A DNA stretch of 64,000 nucleotides from an uncultured Clostridia bacterium. GTDB lineage: Bacteria > Bacillota > Clostridia > TANB77 > CAG-508. Positions 19,638 through 30,497 of the stretch are shown in pieces. The translations under genes were made by a program, and so were the position numbers. The notes beneath the pieces are model-generated. The model was not told the origin of the DNA and searched no databases. It worked only from the letters and a program-made list of their open reading frames with translations. Location: positions 7,823-71,822 of the forward strand of contig CANQCU010000006.1 of the NCBI GenBank assembly GCA_947590905.1, read 5' to 3'. Position 1 is the first letter of the stretch. Each line of letters opens with the position of its first letter.

Positions 19638-19901
19638 TTATTTTCTTAAATTTAGTTTTTCAACTATTTCTTTATATCTAGTTTCATCTTTTCTAGATAG
19701 GTAGTTTAAAAGATTTCTTCTTTTTCCAACCATTTTTAAAAGTCCACGTCTTGAATGGTTATCCTTAGTATGAACTTTTAAATGTTCTGTTAATTCATTA
19801 ATTCTTTCTGTTAAAAGAGCAATTTGAACTTCTGGTGAACCAGTATCATTTTCATCTCTTTTATAAGTCATAATGATTTCTTGTTTTCTTTCCTTTGTCA
19901 T
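19638..19901 (-). CDS. rpsO: 30S ribosomal protein S15
   Basis: [10 protein letters not shown]...[51 protein letters not shown] ggaggtg. Confidence 0.93.
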   Translation of the reverse strand: MTKERKQEIIMTYKRDENDTGSPEVQIALLTERINELTEHLKVHTKDNHSRRGLLKMVGKRRNLLNYLSRKDETRYKEIVEKLNLRK

Positions 19902-20184
19902 AATATTACACCTCCGTTTTTTTAATGTTGGCCAATTTCCTAGCAAAAGTGGTGTTATGTTCCTTAAGCCAAGAAAAAGGTAAAATTTATATTTACTTTA
20001 ACATTTTACTATATTTTGGCAATAATTGCAAGTATAATGTGAAAAATTCTTCAAATTAATGCATTTTATATATAATTTATAAAAGGTTAATATATATTTT
20101 TTAAAAGAAAAATTTGCCAAGCCTTCTGCTTACGGATTACATAGAAAATTTTCTTAAAATTATACATAACCTTTTTTATTTGCC

Positions 20185-21160
20185 TTATTTTTCTCCTACA
20201 ACTTCTATCTCTAAATCAATTTTCTTTCCAGTTTTGCTATACACTTCTTTTCTTACATATTCAATCAAATCTAGAATATCTTGTGATGTTGCATTATTAT
20301 CATTAATAATAAATCCAGCATGTTTATTTGAAACCATGGCTCCACCTATTTTTTTTCCTTTAAGTCCTAAGTCGTCTATAAGCTTAGATGTTATATAATC
20401 TTCGCCTCTTTTAAATGTGCTTCCAGCAGATGGTTTGTCTATTGGTTGTTTTTCTTTTCTATAAGTTCTATATTCATTTATTTTATTTTCAATTTCATTT
20501 TTATTTCCTTTTTTTAATTTCAATGTACTTTCTAATATTATGTATTTATTACTTGAAAATATGCTTTTTCTATAACCAAAATCATGCTCATTTAATTTTA
20601 TTTCATGAATAATTCCTGAATTATCCATATATTTTGTTTTATATACTATGTCTTTCATTTCTTTTCCATGTGCACCAGCATTCATTTTTATTGCTCCGCC
20701 TATGCTTCCTGGAATTCCGAGATGCAAATTCAAAGCCTTCTATTTCTAAATTTAGCAATTTTTGTGAAATTTCTCCATTTTTATTTCCACTACCAACTGT
20801 TACATATATATAGTCATTGTCCTCTTCGTATTCTTTATCCTTTTTGTATTCTTTATCTTTTCTATTTTCTTCGTCTTTTTTGTATTCTTTAATTTCAAAT
20901 TTACATATTTCTATTTTAGCTACAATTCCTCTTATCCCTTTATCTGTAACCAATATATTGGTTCCATTTCCCAATACAAATAATGGCAAATCGTTTCTAT
21001 TTGCCATTTTTATTAAAAAATTTAATTTATTTACATCATCTATTTTTACAAAAATATCAGCATTCCCACCAGTTTTAAAAGAAGTATATTTAGCCATACT
21101 TTCATTTTCTAAAACATTATTTTCTCCTAAGTTTTGTTTCAACAAATCTATAATTTCCAT
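20185..21160 (-). CDS. murB: UDP-N-acetylenolpyruvoylglucosamine reductase, read through one CGG +1 site
   Basis: ...YTSFKTGGNADIF...LGNGTNILV.... The junction EGFEFAS|GIPGSIGGAIKMNAGAHGKE joins ORFs 20639..21160 and 20185..20733. Confidence 0.88.
20716..20719 (-). other. In-frame CGG / +1 frame junction (tct C GGA att)
   Basis: EFAS|GIPGSIGGAIKMNAGAHG, the conserved MurB block. Confidence 0.9.
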
Positions 21161-21256
21161 TTTTCCTCCATTTTAGTCATTATATCATAAGTATATTAAA
21201 ATTGAAAGACCTACATAACTTAAATTTAAATAATGCTAAGCTATTAGAATAAGAGA

Positions 21257-21400
21257 ATAATAAACTATTAATTTTTATAACTTTGCAGTCGCAATTTACG
21301 AATCAATTTTATATGTAAATTTATGTAAATTGCCCCATTTTGCCCTTTGCTTCGCTACAGTTGATTGCTTACGCAGTTATAGAAATTAATAGTTTATTAT
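21257..21400 (-). repeat. Intergenic structured repeat, family 1, copy c (inverted orientation)
   Basis: Arms ataataaactattaatttttataact / agttatagaaattaatagtttattat. The core reverse complement reads gcgtaagcaatcaac...aaATGGGGCAATTTACA...GTAAATTGCGACTGCAAAG. Confidence 0.75.
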
Positions 21401-21460
21401 CTTAATATAATTTTCCCCTATCATAAGTTTTTATAGTATAATTCATCTTAATATAAATTT

Positions 21461-21496
21461 AAAACTCATATAGAACTTCTTTTCTATATGAGTTTT
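21461..21496 (-). terminator. Terminator after glyQS
   Basis: aaaactcatatagaa-cttctt-ttctatatgagtttt. Confidence 0.7.
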
Positions 21497-21501
21497 ATGT
21501 A

Positions 21502-22884
21502 TTAAAATTCTATTTTTTCTTCTATCCAATTTGAAAGATCTGATATTTTTACTCTTTCTTGTTCCATTGTATCTCTATCTCTTATTGTTACTGTGTCGTC
21601 TTCTAATGTGTCAAAATCAATAGTTATACAATAAGGTGTACCTATTTCATCTTCTCTTCTATATCTCTTTCCTATGCTTCCTGCTTCGTCATAATCGCAC
21701 ATAAATTTTTTAGATAGCATTGTATATACTTCTTCTGCCTTTGGGCTTAATTTCTTAGATAATGGAAGAACTGCTACTTTAAATGGTGCTAAAGCTGGAT
21801 GAAGTTTTAATACCGTTCTTACATCTCCTTCTGCTATCTCCTCTTCATTATATGCATTGCAAAGGAATGCTAGTGCAACTCTATCACATCCAAGTGATGG
21901 TTCTACACAATATGGTATGTATTTTTCGTTAGTTTCTGGATCTAGATAACTTAGGTCTTGTTTTGAATGGTTAGCATGTTGTGACAAATCATAATCTGTT
22001 CTATCTGCTATTCCCCAAAGTTCTCCCCAACCAAATGGGAATAAGAATTCTATATCTGTTGTTGCTTTACTATAGAAAACTAATTCTTCTTTAGAATGAT
22101 CTCTTAAGCGAATATTTTCTTCTTTCATTCCAAGAGAAAGTAAAAAGTTTTTGCAGAATTCTTTCCAATATTTATACCATTCTAAGTCAGTTCCTGGTTT
22201 GCAGAAAAATTCAAGTTCCATTTGTTCGAATTCTCTTGTTCTAAATGTAAAGTTTCCAGGTGTTATTTCATTTCTAAATGCTTTACCTATTTGTGCTATT
22301 CCCATTGGTAATTTTTTTCTAGTTGTCCTCAATACATTTTTAAAATTTACAAATATTCCTTGAGCTGTTTCTGGTCTTAAATATATTTGTGTTGTAGAAT
22401 CTTCAGTTACTCCTTGATAGGTTTTAAACATTAGATTAAATTTACGGATTTCTGTAAAATTTTCTTTTCCACAATTTGGACAAACTATATGATTCTCTTT
22501 CATATAATTTATCATTTTTTCATCAGACCAACCATCTACAATCTCATCACAGTTATGTTCATGCATCCATTCTTCAATTAACTTATCAGCTCTATGACGT
22601 GTTTTGCATTCTTTGCAGTCAATTAAAGGATCACTAAATCCTCCTACATGACCTGATGCTACCCATGTTTCTGGGTTCATAAGTATTGCTGAATCTAGTC
22701 CAACATTATGTGGATTTTCTTGTATGAATTTTCTTCTCCAAGCATTCTTTATATTATTTTTTAATTCTACTCCAAGTGGGCCATAATCCCAAGTATTTGC
22801 AAGTCCTCCGTATATTTCTGAACCTGCATATATATATCCTCTTGCTTTACATAGATTAACTATTGTGTCCATTTTATCTAGCAT
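21502..22884 (-). CDS. glyQS: Glycine--tRNA ligase (alpha2 type)
   Basis: Intact 460-aa ORF: [25 protein letters not shown]...[25 protein letters not shown]. Confidence 0.93.
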   Translation of the reverse strand: MLDKMDTIVNLCKARGYIYAGSEIYGGLANTWDYGPLGVELKNNIKNAWRRKFIQENPHNVGLDSAILMNPETWVASGHVGGFSDPLIDCKECKTRHRADKLIEEWMHEHNCDEIVDGWSDEKMINYMKENHIVCPNCGKENFTEIRKFNLMFKTYQGVTEDSTTQIYLRPETAQGIFVNFKNVLRTTRKKLPMGIAQIGKAFRNEITPGNFTFRTREFEQMELEFFCKPGTDLEWYKYWKEFCKNFLLSLGMKEENIRLRDHSKEELVFYSKATTDIEFLFPFGWGELWGIADRTDYDLSQHANHSKQDLSYLDPETNEKYIPYCVEPSLGCDRVALAFLCNAYNEEEIAEGDVRTVLKLHPALAPFKVAVLPLSKKLSPKAEEVYTMLSKKFMCDYDEAGSIGKRYRREDEIGTPYCITIDFDTLEDDTVTIRDRDTMEQERVKISDLSNWIEEKIEF

Positions 22885-22914
22885 AAACTTATAGCCTCCT
22901 TATTTGCTACTATA

Positions 22915-23536
22915 CTAAACTCTTTTTTCTTTATTTAAATACATTGAAAGATAAAGTAATGTCATTGCATAAATAACTACACCTAATGGAATAATATATT
23001 CTGTTATTGGTAATCTTGTTATTGCAAATATACTTGCATATAAAGCTAATACCATAACAGTTACAATTACAGGTTCTACTAAAGTTTTTACTATTCCTAA
23101 TTTTCTAAATGCTATTACAAAGTATACTAGTACAATCAAAAATGAAACTATCATAGGTACCACATATGGTTTTACTAATTCAATAGTTCTATATGCTGGT
23201 ACTTCTACAACTGTTATATTGTTTTCTCCTTCTTCAAAAGCATATTTTTCAGTTAATTTTTGACTTAATGTATTTATCTCTTCTTCTGATATGTTTTTAA
23301 CTCTTATTGATACTGTATCATTAAAAACATTTGTGTAATTTATATCATATTTACCACTATAATTTTCATTCATTATCTGTTTAATATCTTCTAAGTTAGA
23401 AGATTGATTCATTGATATATTTATTCTTGTATATTCTTGATACTCGTTTCCTTTATTAAATCCTAATACTGTTCCCATTATTATTCCGAACTATAATAAT
23501 AACTAAGGCAATTATAAATACTATCTTTTTATTCAT
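22915..23536 (-). CDS. SecF-like membrane protein (divergent), read through one CGG +1 site
   Basis: MNKKIVFIIALVIIIV|GIIMGTVLGFNKG.... A periplasmic-type domain is followed by C-terminal TM helices. It directly follows the SecD-like gene. Confidence 0.5.
23485..23488 (-). other. In-frame CGG / +1 frame junction (gtt C GGA ata)
   Basis: Links the ATG at 23536 plus signal anchor (MNKKIVFIIALVIIIV) to GIIMGTVLGFNKG.... Confidence 0.7.
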
Positions 23537-23537
23537 C

Positions 23538-25013
23538 TTAATCCTTCCTCTCTAATTTATATCTTGCAATTAACATTGTTCTCATGAATACTAAATTAGC
23601 AATAGCTATACTTATGGCTCCATAGAATAATGTCATTCCTATTGAATAGATTTTTACTGAATTCATAAATGTAAATACAACTGCGATTATTAGAAAAACT
23701 ACTATGACATCTATTTTATCTAAGTATATCTTTAATGTTGCATTTGCAACGTTTTCGTTGCTACTATCTTGCTTTATTCTATTTAATATTGTCATAATGA
23801 AATAAGATTCTAAAGCTAAGACAACTAATACTGAAATAATTCCACCTAATGATAATGCTGTATTTGTATATCTTATTAATAGAAGCAATATTGAAATCAT
23901 AGCTAAAAGAGACATTCCTGCAATAATTCCGTCCTTTTTGAATTTTATTATTAAGAAAATTGCAATTGCTAATGAAATTACAACTAAAATTGCTACAACT
24001 GTATATGTCTCTACTATTGTATCATTACTTGCTATATATTCGCTTAATGTTACATCATATAATACTGGTACTGCTCCATTATTTAATATCATAGCATAAA
24101 TTTGGGCTTGTCTTAAATAATCATATAAAGTATCTTGTGTAGTTGCTGTTCCTAATGCTACTGTTAATTCTCCACTAGATATTTCTTCAGCAAAATATGT
24201 TGATAACACTTCTATTCCTTCAATTTTCATAGTTACGTGTTTGTGATCTTCTTTATTTTCTGTACTTTCTGAATCTGTTGCAGTTGTAGTATTGTCAACT
24301 GTATTTGTATCTTCTACTGTGTTTCCATCAGTAGCTGTATTTGTGTCTTCTTCAACATTTTGGTCAGAATCTTCAGTAGCTAAATAATTTCTACTTACTT
24401 CTAATAACTTTTCTGTTCCTTCTTTATTAAATTTTATATTAAGATATACTCCAATTGTTCCTTCTTCAGTTGTTCCATAACGAGCTGATGCACTTTCTAC
24501 ATCACTCATATCCATTAATACTGTACCATCTTCTTCATCTTCTAATGTAAATTCTCCTGTTGCCATTAAATATTGAATATTATTATCTGTATTAGAATTT
24601 TCAGGTAATTCTACTGCTATTGTTCCTGTTGTCTTATTTAATCTTACAGCATAATCTGTTACCCCTATATCATTTAATCTACCTTCAAATATTTTCTTTA
24701 CTTTTTCATAATTTTCAGTAGTTAATACCTCTTCAGGATTAACTGGTACTTGTTCTTTTTTATATTCTTCTTCGTTTGCTCCTTCTGGGATAGCTTCTAC
24801 TTTGTTTCCATCTTTATCATAGATTATTTCCTCTGTTGAAGTGCTTAATTTAAAATTTGTAACCCTTTTACCTTCAAGTTCAGATGATTTTACATAGTTA
24901 GGTAAAACATTTTCATAAGTTATTTGATTTTTTGCATATACACCAACAAAAGCTATTATTGTTATTAAAGCTATTATTAGTATGCATAGTGCGATTTTTA
25001 GTTTCTTTTCCAA
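23538..25013 (-). CDS. SecD-like membrane protein (divergent) with a T/D/N-rich insert
   Basis: N-terminal TM, a large extracytoplasmic domain, and a C-terminal 5-6 TM block (GIIAGMSLLAMISILLLLIRY...SLGGIISVLVVLALESYF). The assignment rests on architecture rather than strict motifs. Confidence 0.5.
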   Translation of the reverse strand: MEKKLKIALCILIIALITIIAFVGVYAKNQITYENVLPNYVKSSELEGKRVTNFKLSTSTEEIIYDKDGNKVEAIPEGANEEEYKKEQVPVNPEEVLTTENYEKVKKIFEGRLNDIGVTDYAVRLNKTTGTIAVELPENSNTDNNIQYLMATGEFTLEDEEDGTVLMDMSDVESASARYGTTEEGTIGVYLNIKFNKEGTEKLLEVSRNYLATEDSDQNVEEDTNTATDGNTVEDTNTVDNTTTATDSESTENKEDHKHVTMKIEGIEVLSTYFAEEISSGELTVALGTATTQDTLYDYLRQAQIYAMILNNGAVPVLYDVTLSEYIASNDTIVETYTVVAILVVISLAIAIFLIIKFKKDGIIAGMSLLAMISILLLLIRYTNTALSLGGIISVLVVLALESYFIMTILNRIKQDSSNENVANATLKIYLDKIDVIVVFLIIAVVFTFMNSVKIYSIGMTLFYGAISIAIANLVFMRTMLIARYKLERKD

Positions 25014-25049
25014 TTTTTTTCACATTCCTTTCTCTGTTTTTATATTAAT

Positions 25050-25709
25050 TTATAATAACTTTGTATTATTAATTATTAACTCAAGCCATATATTCAAATA
25101 TTTTGCCGCATATTTGCTCATTATCATCCTATCAATAAATATTTCGAAGTAATCAAGTACAGGACATAATTCAGTATCAATTTGTATCTCTAATCTAATT
25201 TTTCTCTCTTCTTTGTCTATAATAAGTTTTGCATCAGTAACTGCATAGTTTACTCTATCATGTTTATCAAAAGTTCCGATATTTGTATTTACTACTCTAT
25301 CTCTATGAACATCTGATTTATCTGCAAGTATTAATGCTGCCGATATATCACTAACAGCTGTTCCGGTCTCTTCATCATGGTTTCCAATTGCCATCATTAT
25401 TTCTGTTCTATCATTAACGCTCATTCCCATATCTTTTAATATGTTATAAGCAAGAATTGCGCCTGAATGTGCATGATCTTTTCTATTTATGCAATTGCCT
25501 ATGTCATGTAAGTAACCTGCTATCTTTGCAAGTTCTACTCTATCTTCTGGATATCCTAATGCTTCTAGAATATCTCCCGCTCTTTTAGACACTATACTAA
25601 CATGTCTTACAGAGTGCTCTGTATATCCTAAACTATTAAGTTGCTTTTGAGCTCCTTCTACAAGTGCTTGCACTTCTTGGTTATTTTTTACATCTTCTAA
25701 GGTTATCAT
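25050..25709 (-). CDS. HD-domain phosphohydrolase
   Basis: HSVRHV...YLHDIGN...HAHSG...GNHDE motifs. Confidence 0.75.
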   Translation of the reverse strand: MITLEDVKNNQEVQALVEGAQKQLNSLGYTEHSVRHVSIVSKRAGDILEALGYPEDRVELAKIAGYLHDIGNCINRKDHAHSGAILAYNILKDMGMSVNDRTEIMMAIGNHDEETGTAVSDISAALILADKSDVHRDRVVNTNIGTFDKHDRVNYAVTDAKLIIDKEERKIRLEIQIDTELCPVLDYFEIFIDRMIMSKYAAKYLNIWLELIINNTKLL

Positions 25710-25800
25710 ATTTTGAACCTCCGTATACCTTTGAATTTTATAATAAAATCATAAAAATTTCAACATATATTTGAAATTTTTAGAAAAAAGTAGTAATTTA

Positions 25801-25942
25801 TTCGAATATATAGTTATTTTTGTATAGACTTGCTTGTCGCAACTTACAAATTAAAATTTTATATGTAAGTTGCTCCATTTCGCCCTTCGTTTCACTCCGG
25901 TTGGTCGCTTACGCGTCTATAAAAAATAACTATATATTCGAA
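25801..25942 (-). repeat. Intergenic structured repeat, family 1, copy d (inverted orientation)
   Basis: Arms ttcgaatatatagttatttttgtatagac / gtctataaaaaataactatatattcgaa. The core reverse complement reads gcgtaagcgaccaaccggagtgaaacgaagggcgaaATGGAGCAACTTACA...TGTAAGTTGCGAC. Confidence 0.75.
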
Positions 25943-25968
25943 TTATTTATACTCACTTGAATACACAA

Positions 25969-25996
25969 AAGTTCTCTAGCTATCACTAGAGAACTT
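25969..25996 (-). terminator. Terminator after greA
   Basis: aagttctctag-ctatca-ctagagaactt, with ttttgtg on the minus strand. Confidence 0.65.
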
Positions 25997-26019
25997 TCTT
26001 ATATTACTTTTATTTTAAC

Positions 26020-26502
26020 CTATTTAGCTATTGTTATACTAAGTACTTTGTATTTTGCAACACCATCTGGTATTTGTACTTCTACTATTTGATTCTTTTT
26101 AGCACCAAGTAGTGCTAGGCCTATTGGTGATTCATTTGAAATCTTATTTTGTGATAGATCAACTTCTGTAGATCCAACTATTGTATATTCAAAGTCTTCA
26201 TCAAATTCCAAATCTTTTATTTTAACAGTATTTCCAACTTGTACAGTTTTTGTATCTATTTCAGATTCATTAATTATTTTAGCATATCTTAATTTGTTTT
26301 CTAAATCTGCAATTTTTATTTCATTTTGGGCTTGTGCATTTTTTGCTTCATCATATTCAGAGTTCTCTGATAAATCTCCGAAACCAAGAGCAATTTTTAT
26401 TCTTTCTGCTATTTCACTTCTTTTTTGTGTTTTTAAATATTCCAATTCTTGCTCTATTTTATCATATCCTTCTTGTGTTAAAAGTATTTCTTTATTTTCC
26501 AT
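26020..26502 (-). CDS. greA: Transcription elongation factor GreA
   Basis: LTQEGYDKIEQELEYLK...GDLSENSEYDEAKNAQA...SNESPIGLALLG. Confidence 0.92.
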   Translation of the reverse strand: MENKEILLTQEGYDKIEQELEYLKTQKRSEIAERIKIALGFGDLSENSEYDEAKNAQAQNEIKIADLENKLRYAKIINESEIDTKTVQVGNTVKIKDLEFDEDFEYTIVGSTEVDLSQNKISNESPIGLALLGAKKNQIVEVQIPDGVAKYKVLSITIAK

Positions 26503-26648
26503 TTTGTTACCTCCTAAATAAGTAATTAATGAATTAATTATTAATATATTACGCCTTTATTTTTTGTTTGTCAAGTGCTTTTTACTTATATTTTTATTAT
26601 AAAAAGCTTTATTTTGTAAGTTCTTTAGGTAATATTAATATAATTAAA

Positions 26649-27401
26649 TTATGATATCTTTTTTATTTTTACTCCATCATTTTTTATTTGCTTATATATA
26701 TTTTTATATGTATCTTTTCTATATATATAACTTTCATATAATATATTACTATCAAACTCAAAATATTCTTCGTTTTCTATATAATTCTCTTTATTATATT
26801 CTATTTCAAATTTATTTATGTTTTTACCTTCGAAATTTTTATCAATTTCTATTAATTCCTGCTCTATATTTATTATGGTTGCAAATTCGTTTATTTTATA
26901 TTTTTTTATTTTATCTTCATTAAAATCTACATTTACGATTGTATCTATATTTGCTAGTGCTTTTTCTTTGTTATTTGTTACAAGAATTGCTATCCCATAT
27001 TTTAGATATAATTCTTGTTCTAAAAAAGAAAATCTATTTATATCTTTTGTTATAATTTTCAATCCTTTAACTTTTTTAGCTACTTCTTTAATTTGCTCAA
27101 TTATTACATCATCAATATTATTTACTAGAATAGCTACATTTTTTGTCTTTATATCTTTTTCTTCTTCATTTGAAACGAACTCTAAAATGTCACATATAAG
27201 AAATTTTAATATCCATCTGCCATTTAATATTCTTAATCCATAGCTTCTTATCTCATCTGTTAATCCTTCTTGTTTTTCTAAACCTTTGCTGATTGCTACT
27301 ACTATATCTTCTTTCTTATTTATTTTATATAGTTTTTTTGCAATTTTCTTAATTTTTCTTTGTTTTAATTCTTTCTTAGTTGTTATATAAATTGTTCTCA
27401 A
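26649..27401 (-). CDS. Hypothetical protein (K/E/N-rich)
   Basis: 250-aa ORF co-oriented with its neighbours. No family recognised. Confidence 0.45.
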   Translation of the reverse strand: MRTIYITTKKELKQRKIKKIAKKLYKINKKEDIVVAISKGLEKQEGLTDEIRSYGLRILNGRWILKFLICDILEFVSNEEEKDIKTKNVAILVNNIDDVIIEQIKEVAKKVKGLKIITKDINRFSFLEQELYLKYGIAILVTNNKEKALANIDTIVNVDFNEDKIKKYKINEFATIINIEQELIEIDKNFEGKNINKFEIEYNKENYIENEEYFEFDSNILYESYIYRKDTYKNIYKQIKNDGVKIKKIS

Positions 27402-27407
27402 ATAATA

Positions 27408-27446
27408 TCACCTGAATATATAATTTGTTTTATTATATTCAGGTGA
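27408..27446 (-). terminator. Hairpin after aspS
   Basis: tcacctgaatata-N13-tatattcaggtga. Confidence 0.5.
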
Positions 27447-27514
27447 TAATTAAATAGAATTGAATTTATATTTTTATGCTTTATTTTTAAAATTCAAAGA
27501 CGGGATATTCCATA

Positions 27515-29299
27515 TTATTGCTTCTTGTCTTCTTTTAAATCTAATTTTATATGAACTTCTCTTAATTGTTCTTCTGTTGCTCTTCCTGGGGCTCCCATAA
27601 GTAAATCTTGTGCCTTACTATTCATTGGGAAAGCGATTACAGCTCTTATATTTGGTTCGTCTGTTAAAAGCATTATCATTCTATCTACTCCTGGTGCAAT
27701 TCCTGCATGAGGTGGTGCTCCATAATGGAATGCATTAAATAATGCTGAGAATTTTTCTTCTATTACTTCTTTCGAATATCCTGCTATTTCAAATGCTTTA
27801 ATCATAAGCTCTGGGTCATGATTTCTAACAGCTCCTGATGATAATTCTATTCCGTTACAAACTATATCATATTGATAAGCAAGTATATCTAGTGGTTCTT
27901 TATTCTCTAGTGCTTCCATTCCACCTTGTGGCATTGAGAATGGATTATGACTAAATTCTATTTTTCCTTCATCTGATACTTCATACATAGGGAAGTCTAC
28001 TATCCAGCAGAACTTGAATATATTATTATCTATTAAATTTAATCTTTTTCCTAATTCTTTTCTTACTTCTCCTGCTATATTTGATACTTTGCTTTCTTCA
28101 TCTGCTATGAAGAATATTGCATCATTTGCCTTTAATCCTGTTTTTGCTATTAAAGCTTGTTTTTGTTCTTCTGTTATGAATTTTGCAATAGAACCTTGGA
28201 ACGTTCCATCTTCAAGTACTTTTATCCAAGCAAGTCCCTTTGCTCCTGCTTCTTCTGTTGCAAAGGTTACCATTTCATCAAAGAATTTTCTTGTTTGTCC
28301 TGATATATTAGGAGTTACAATAACTCTAATTGTTTTGTTTTTAAATGCATTAAATTCTGTATTTTTAAATACTTCTGTAACATCTTGTATTATAAGAGGA
28401 TTTCTTAAATCTGGTTTATCTGAGCCATATTTAAGCATAGCATCTCTATAAGTTATTCTTGGAAATGGATATTCTGCAACTTTCTTATTAGAAAACTTAA
28501 CAAATGTATCATACATAACTTTTTCCATAACATTAAATACATCTTCTTGTGTTGCAAAAGCCATTTCCATATCTAGTTGATAAAATTCTCCTGGTGCTCT
28601 ATCTGCTCTTGCATCTTCATCTCTAAAACATGGTGCTATTTGGAAATATTTATCTATTCCTGATACCATAAGTAATTGTTTAAATTGTTGTGGTGCTTGT
28701 GGAAGTGCATAAAATCTTCCTGGATGCACACGGCTTGGTACTAAATAGTCTCTTGCTCCTTCTGGAGAAGAACTTGTTAGTATAGGTGTTTGAACCTCTG
28801 TAAATCCTCTTTCAATCATTTGATTTCTTAAAAATTGTATTATTCTTGATCTTAGTAATATATTTTGCTTTAATTTTTCATTTCTTAAATCTAAGAATCT
28901 ATATTGTAATCTTAAATCTTCTCTTGCTTCTAAGTCTGAATTAATTTCAAAAGGCAATGGTTTTAATCTTTTTCCTAAAATATCTACTTTTTCAATTACA
29001 ACTTCTATTTCACCAGTTGCCATGTCTTTGTTTATATCTCTATCTCCTCTTCCTCTTACTGTACCTTCTATTGATATAGTAGATTCGTTAGGAATATTTG
29101 AAACTAGATCAATCATTTCAGGTTCACCAGAAGTTACTGCTTGTGTTATTCCAAATTGGTCTCTTAAGCTTAAAAATACTAGTCCTCCTAAGTTTCTTAC
29201 TGCTTGTACCCAACCTGCAATTTTTACTCTTTTTCCTATATCTTCTTTTCTAAGTTCTCCGCAATTATGTGTTCTATATTCGTTCATTTTAAAAACCAT
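27515..29299 (-). CDS. aspS: Aspartate--tRNA ligase
   Basis: RTHNCGELR...GWVQAVRNLGGLVFLSLRD...FRDEDARADR...GAPPHAGIAPGVDR. The start may be the ATG at 29287. Confidence 0.95.
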   Translation of the reverse strand: MVFKMNEYRTHNCGELRKEDIGKRVKIAGWVQAVRNLGGLVFLSLRDQFGITQAVTSGEPEMIDLVSNIPNESTISIEGTVRGRGDRDINKDMATGEIEVVIEKVDILGKRLKPLPFEINSDLEAREDLRLQYRFLDLRNEKLKQNILLRSRIIQFLRNQMIERGFTEVQTPILTSSSPEGARDYLVPSRVHPGRFYALPQAPQQFKQLLMVSGIDKYFQIAPCFRDEDARADRAPGEFYQLDMEMAFATQEDVFNVMEKVMYDTFVKFSNKKVAEYPFPRITYRDAMLKYGSDKPDLRNPLIIQDVTEVFKNTEFNAFKNKTIRVIVTPNISGQTRKFFDEMVTFATEEAGAKGLAWIKVLEDGTFQGSIAKFITEEQKQALIAKTGLKANDAIFFIADEESKVSNIAGEVRKELGKRLNLIDNNIFKFCWIVDFPMYEVSDEGKIEFSHNPFSMPQGGMEALENKEPLDILAYQYDIVCNGIELSSGAVRNHDPELMIKAFEIAGYSKEVIEEKFSALFNAFHYGAPPHAGIAPGVDRMIMLLTDEPNIRAVIAFPMNSKAQDLLMGAPGRATEEQLREVHIKLDLKEDKKQ

Positions 29300-29305
29300 T
29301 CCTTT

Positions 29306-30442
29306 CTAAAATTGTGCCCACGCACCATTTGCTTTAAGTTCGTTTACTTTTGCTTCATGTTCTTCATTTGTTTTTGTGAAATATACATTGCCAGAAGCAT
29401 CTGCAACAAAGTATAAATAATCTGTTTCGTTTGGATTTAATGCAGCCTCAATTGAAGCTTTTCCAACTGTTCCGATAGGCCCTACTGGTAATTTTCCTGC
29501 CATATTTGGTCCACGTGTATTATATGGATTGTATGTGTTTATTTCTGATTTATAAAGGTCACGTGAGCCTAATTCTATCTTAAATGCATAGTAAGTTGTA
29601 ACATCACTTCCTATACTCATCTTAGCTTTTAGTCTATTATATATAACACTTGATACATCTTTTCTATCTTTATCAAATATTACTTCGTTTTCAATTATTG
29701 AAGCTATAGTTAATATTTGATGAACAGAATACTTACTTTGCTCTATTTGCTCTCTATATGGTTCAAGCTCTTTCTCCATCTGGTTTAAAAGTTTTTCGAA
29801 AATTTCTTCTACTTTTACGTTTTCATCTTCAAAAGAATAAGTTTCTGGGAAAAGATATCCTTCCAATGAATAATATATATTAGGATCTTTTATCTCATCA
29901 GTTAAGAACCAATATTTATCAATTAAACTATTTATATATTCTTCATTTTCTAAAACTGCATATACATCTTCTTCAGTATTGTTTGTTTTATCAGCAATTT
30001 GTTTTGCAATATATCTAAAAGTTTTTCCTTCTACAAAAGTTATTTTGACATTAGATTCTTTAAAAAGCTTTCCTGTCTTTAATGCTTGTACAATCTCGCT
30101 TACTGATAAATCTTTTGTCAAGTCATATTTTCCAGCTTGAAAGTCTGTAACTTTATTTAGCTTAACATATAGCTTGAATGCAGATTCACTTTTTATTAAG
30201 TCTGCTTTCTTTAATATACTTGCTATTTTATTTGTACCAGATCCAAGTGGAATTTCTATAGCTACTACTTCTTCTTTAGTTCCTGTTCCAGATAAGGACA
30301 TATTATACCACAAAATTCCTCCTATTGCTATAACAATTACTAAAATTAGCATAATTATTATAATTTTTTTTAGTAATCCTGATTTTCCTTTTGTTTGTGC
30401 ATGTTTATTTTTTCTTTCTACTGCTTCATTTTCTTCTTCCAT
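29306..30442 (-). CDS. mltG: Endolytic murein transglycosylase MltG (YceG-like)
   Basis: N-terminal TM, then a YceG core: ILTIASIIENE...YNTRGPNMAGKLPVGPIGTVG...YLYFVA. Confidence 0.88.
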   Translation of the reverse strand: MEEENEAVERKNKHAQTKGKSGLLKKIIIIMLILVIVIAIGGILWYNMSLSGTGTKEEVVAIEIPLGSGTNKIASILKKADLIKSESAFKLYVKLNKVTDFQAGKYDLTKDLSVSEIVQALKTGKLFKESNVKITFVEGKTFRYIAKQIADKTNNTEEDVYAVLENEEYINSLIDKYWFLTDEIKDPNIYYSLEGYLFPETYSFEDENVKVEEIFEKLLNQMEKELEPYREQIEQSKYSVHQILTIASIIENEVIFDKDRKDVSSVIYNRLKAKMSIGSDVTTYYAFKIELGSRDLYKSEINTYNPYNTRGPNMAGKLPVGPIGTVGKASIEAALNPNETDYLYFVADASGNVYFTKTNEEHEAKVNELKANGAWAQF

Positions 30443-30497
30443 ATTTATTTCTATTCCTTTCCTAAGATTTAATCCCCAAAATTTTCCGAATTATTCA

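Noticed and set aside
19902-20184. Looking for riboswitch, T-box or ribosomal-leader structures upstream of rpsO, aspS, glyQS and the rpsF operon
   Set aside because: I could not recognise any conserved leader motifs by eye, and the gaps before aspS and glyQS are too short. A covariance-model scan would be needed, so nothing is reported.
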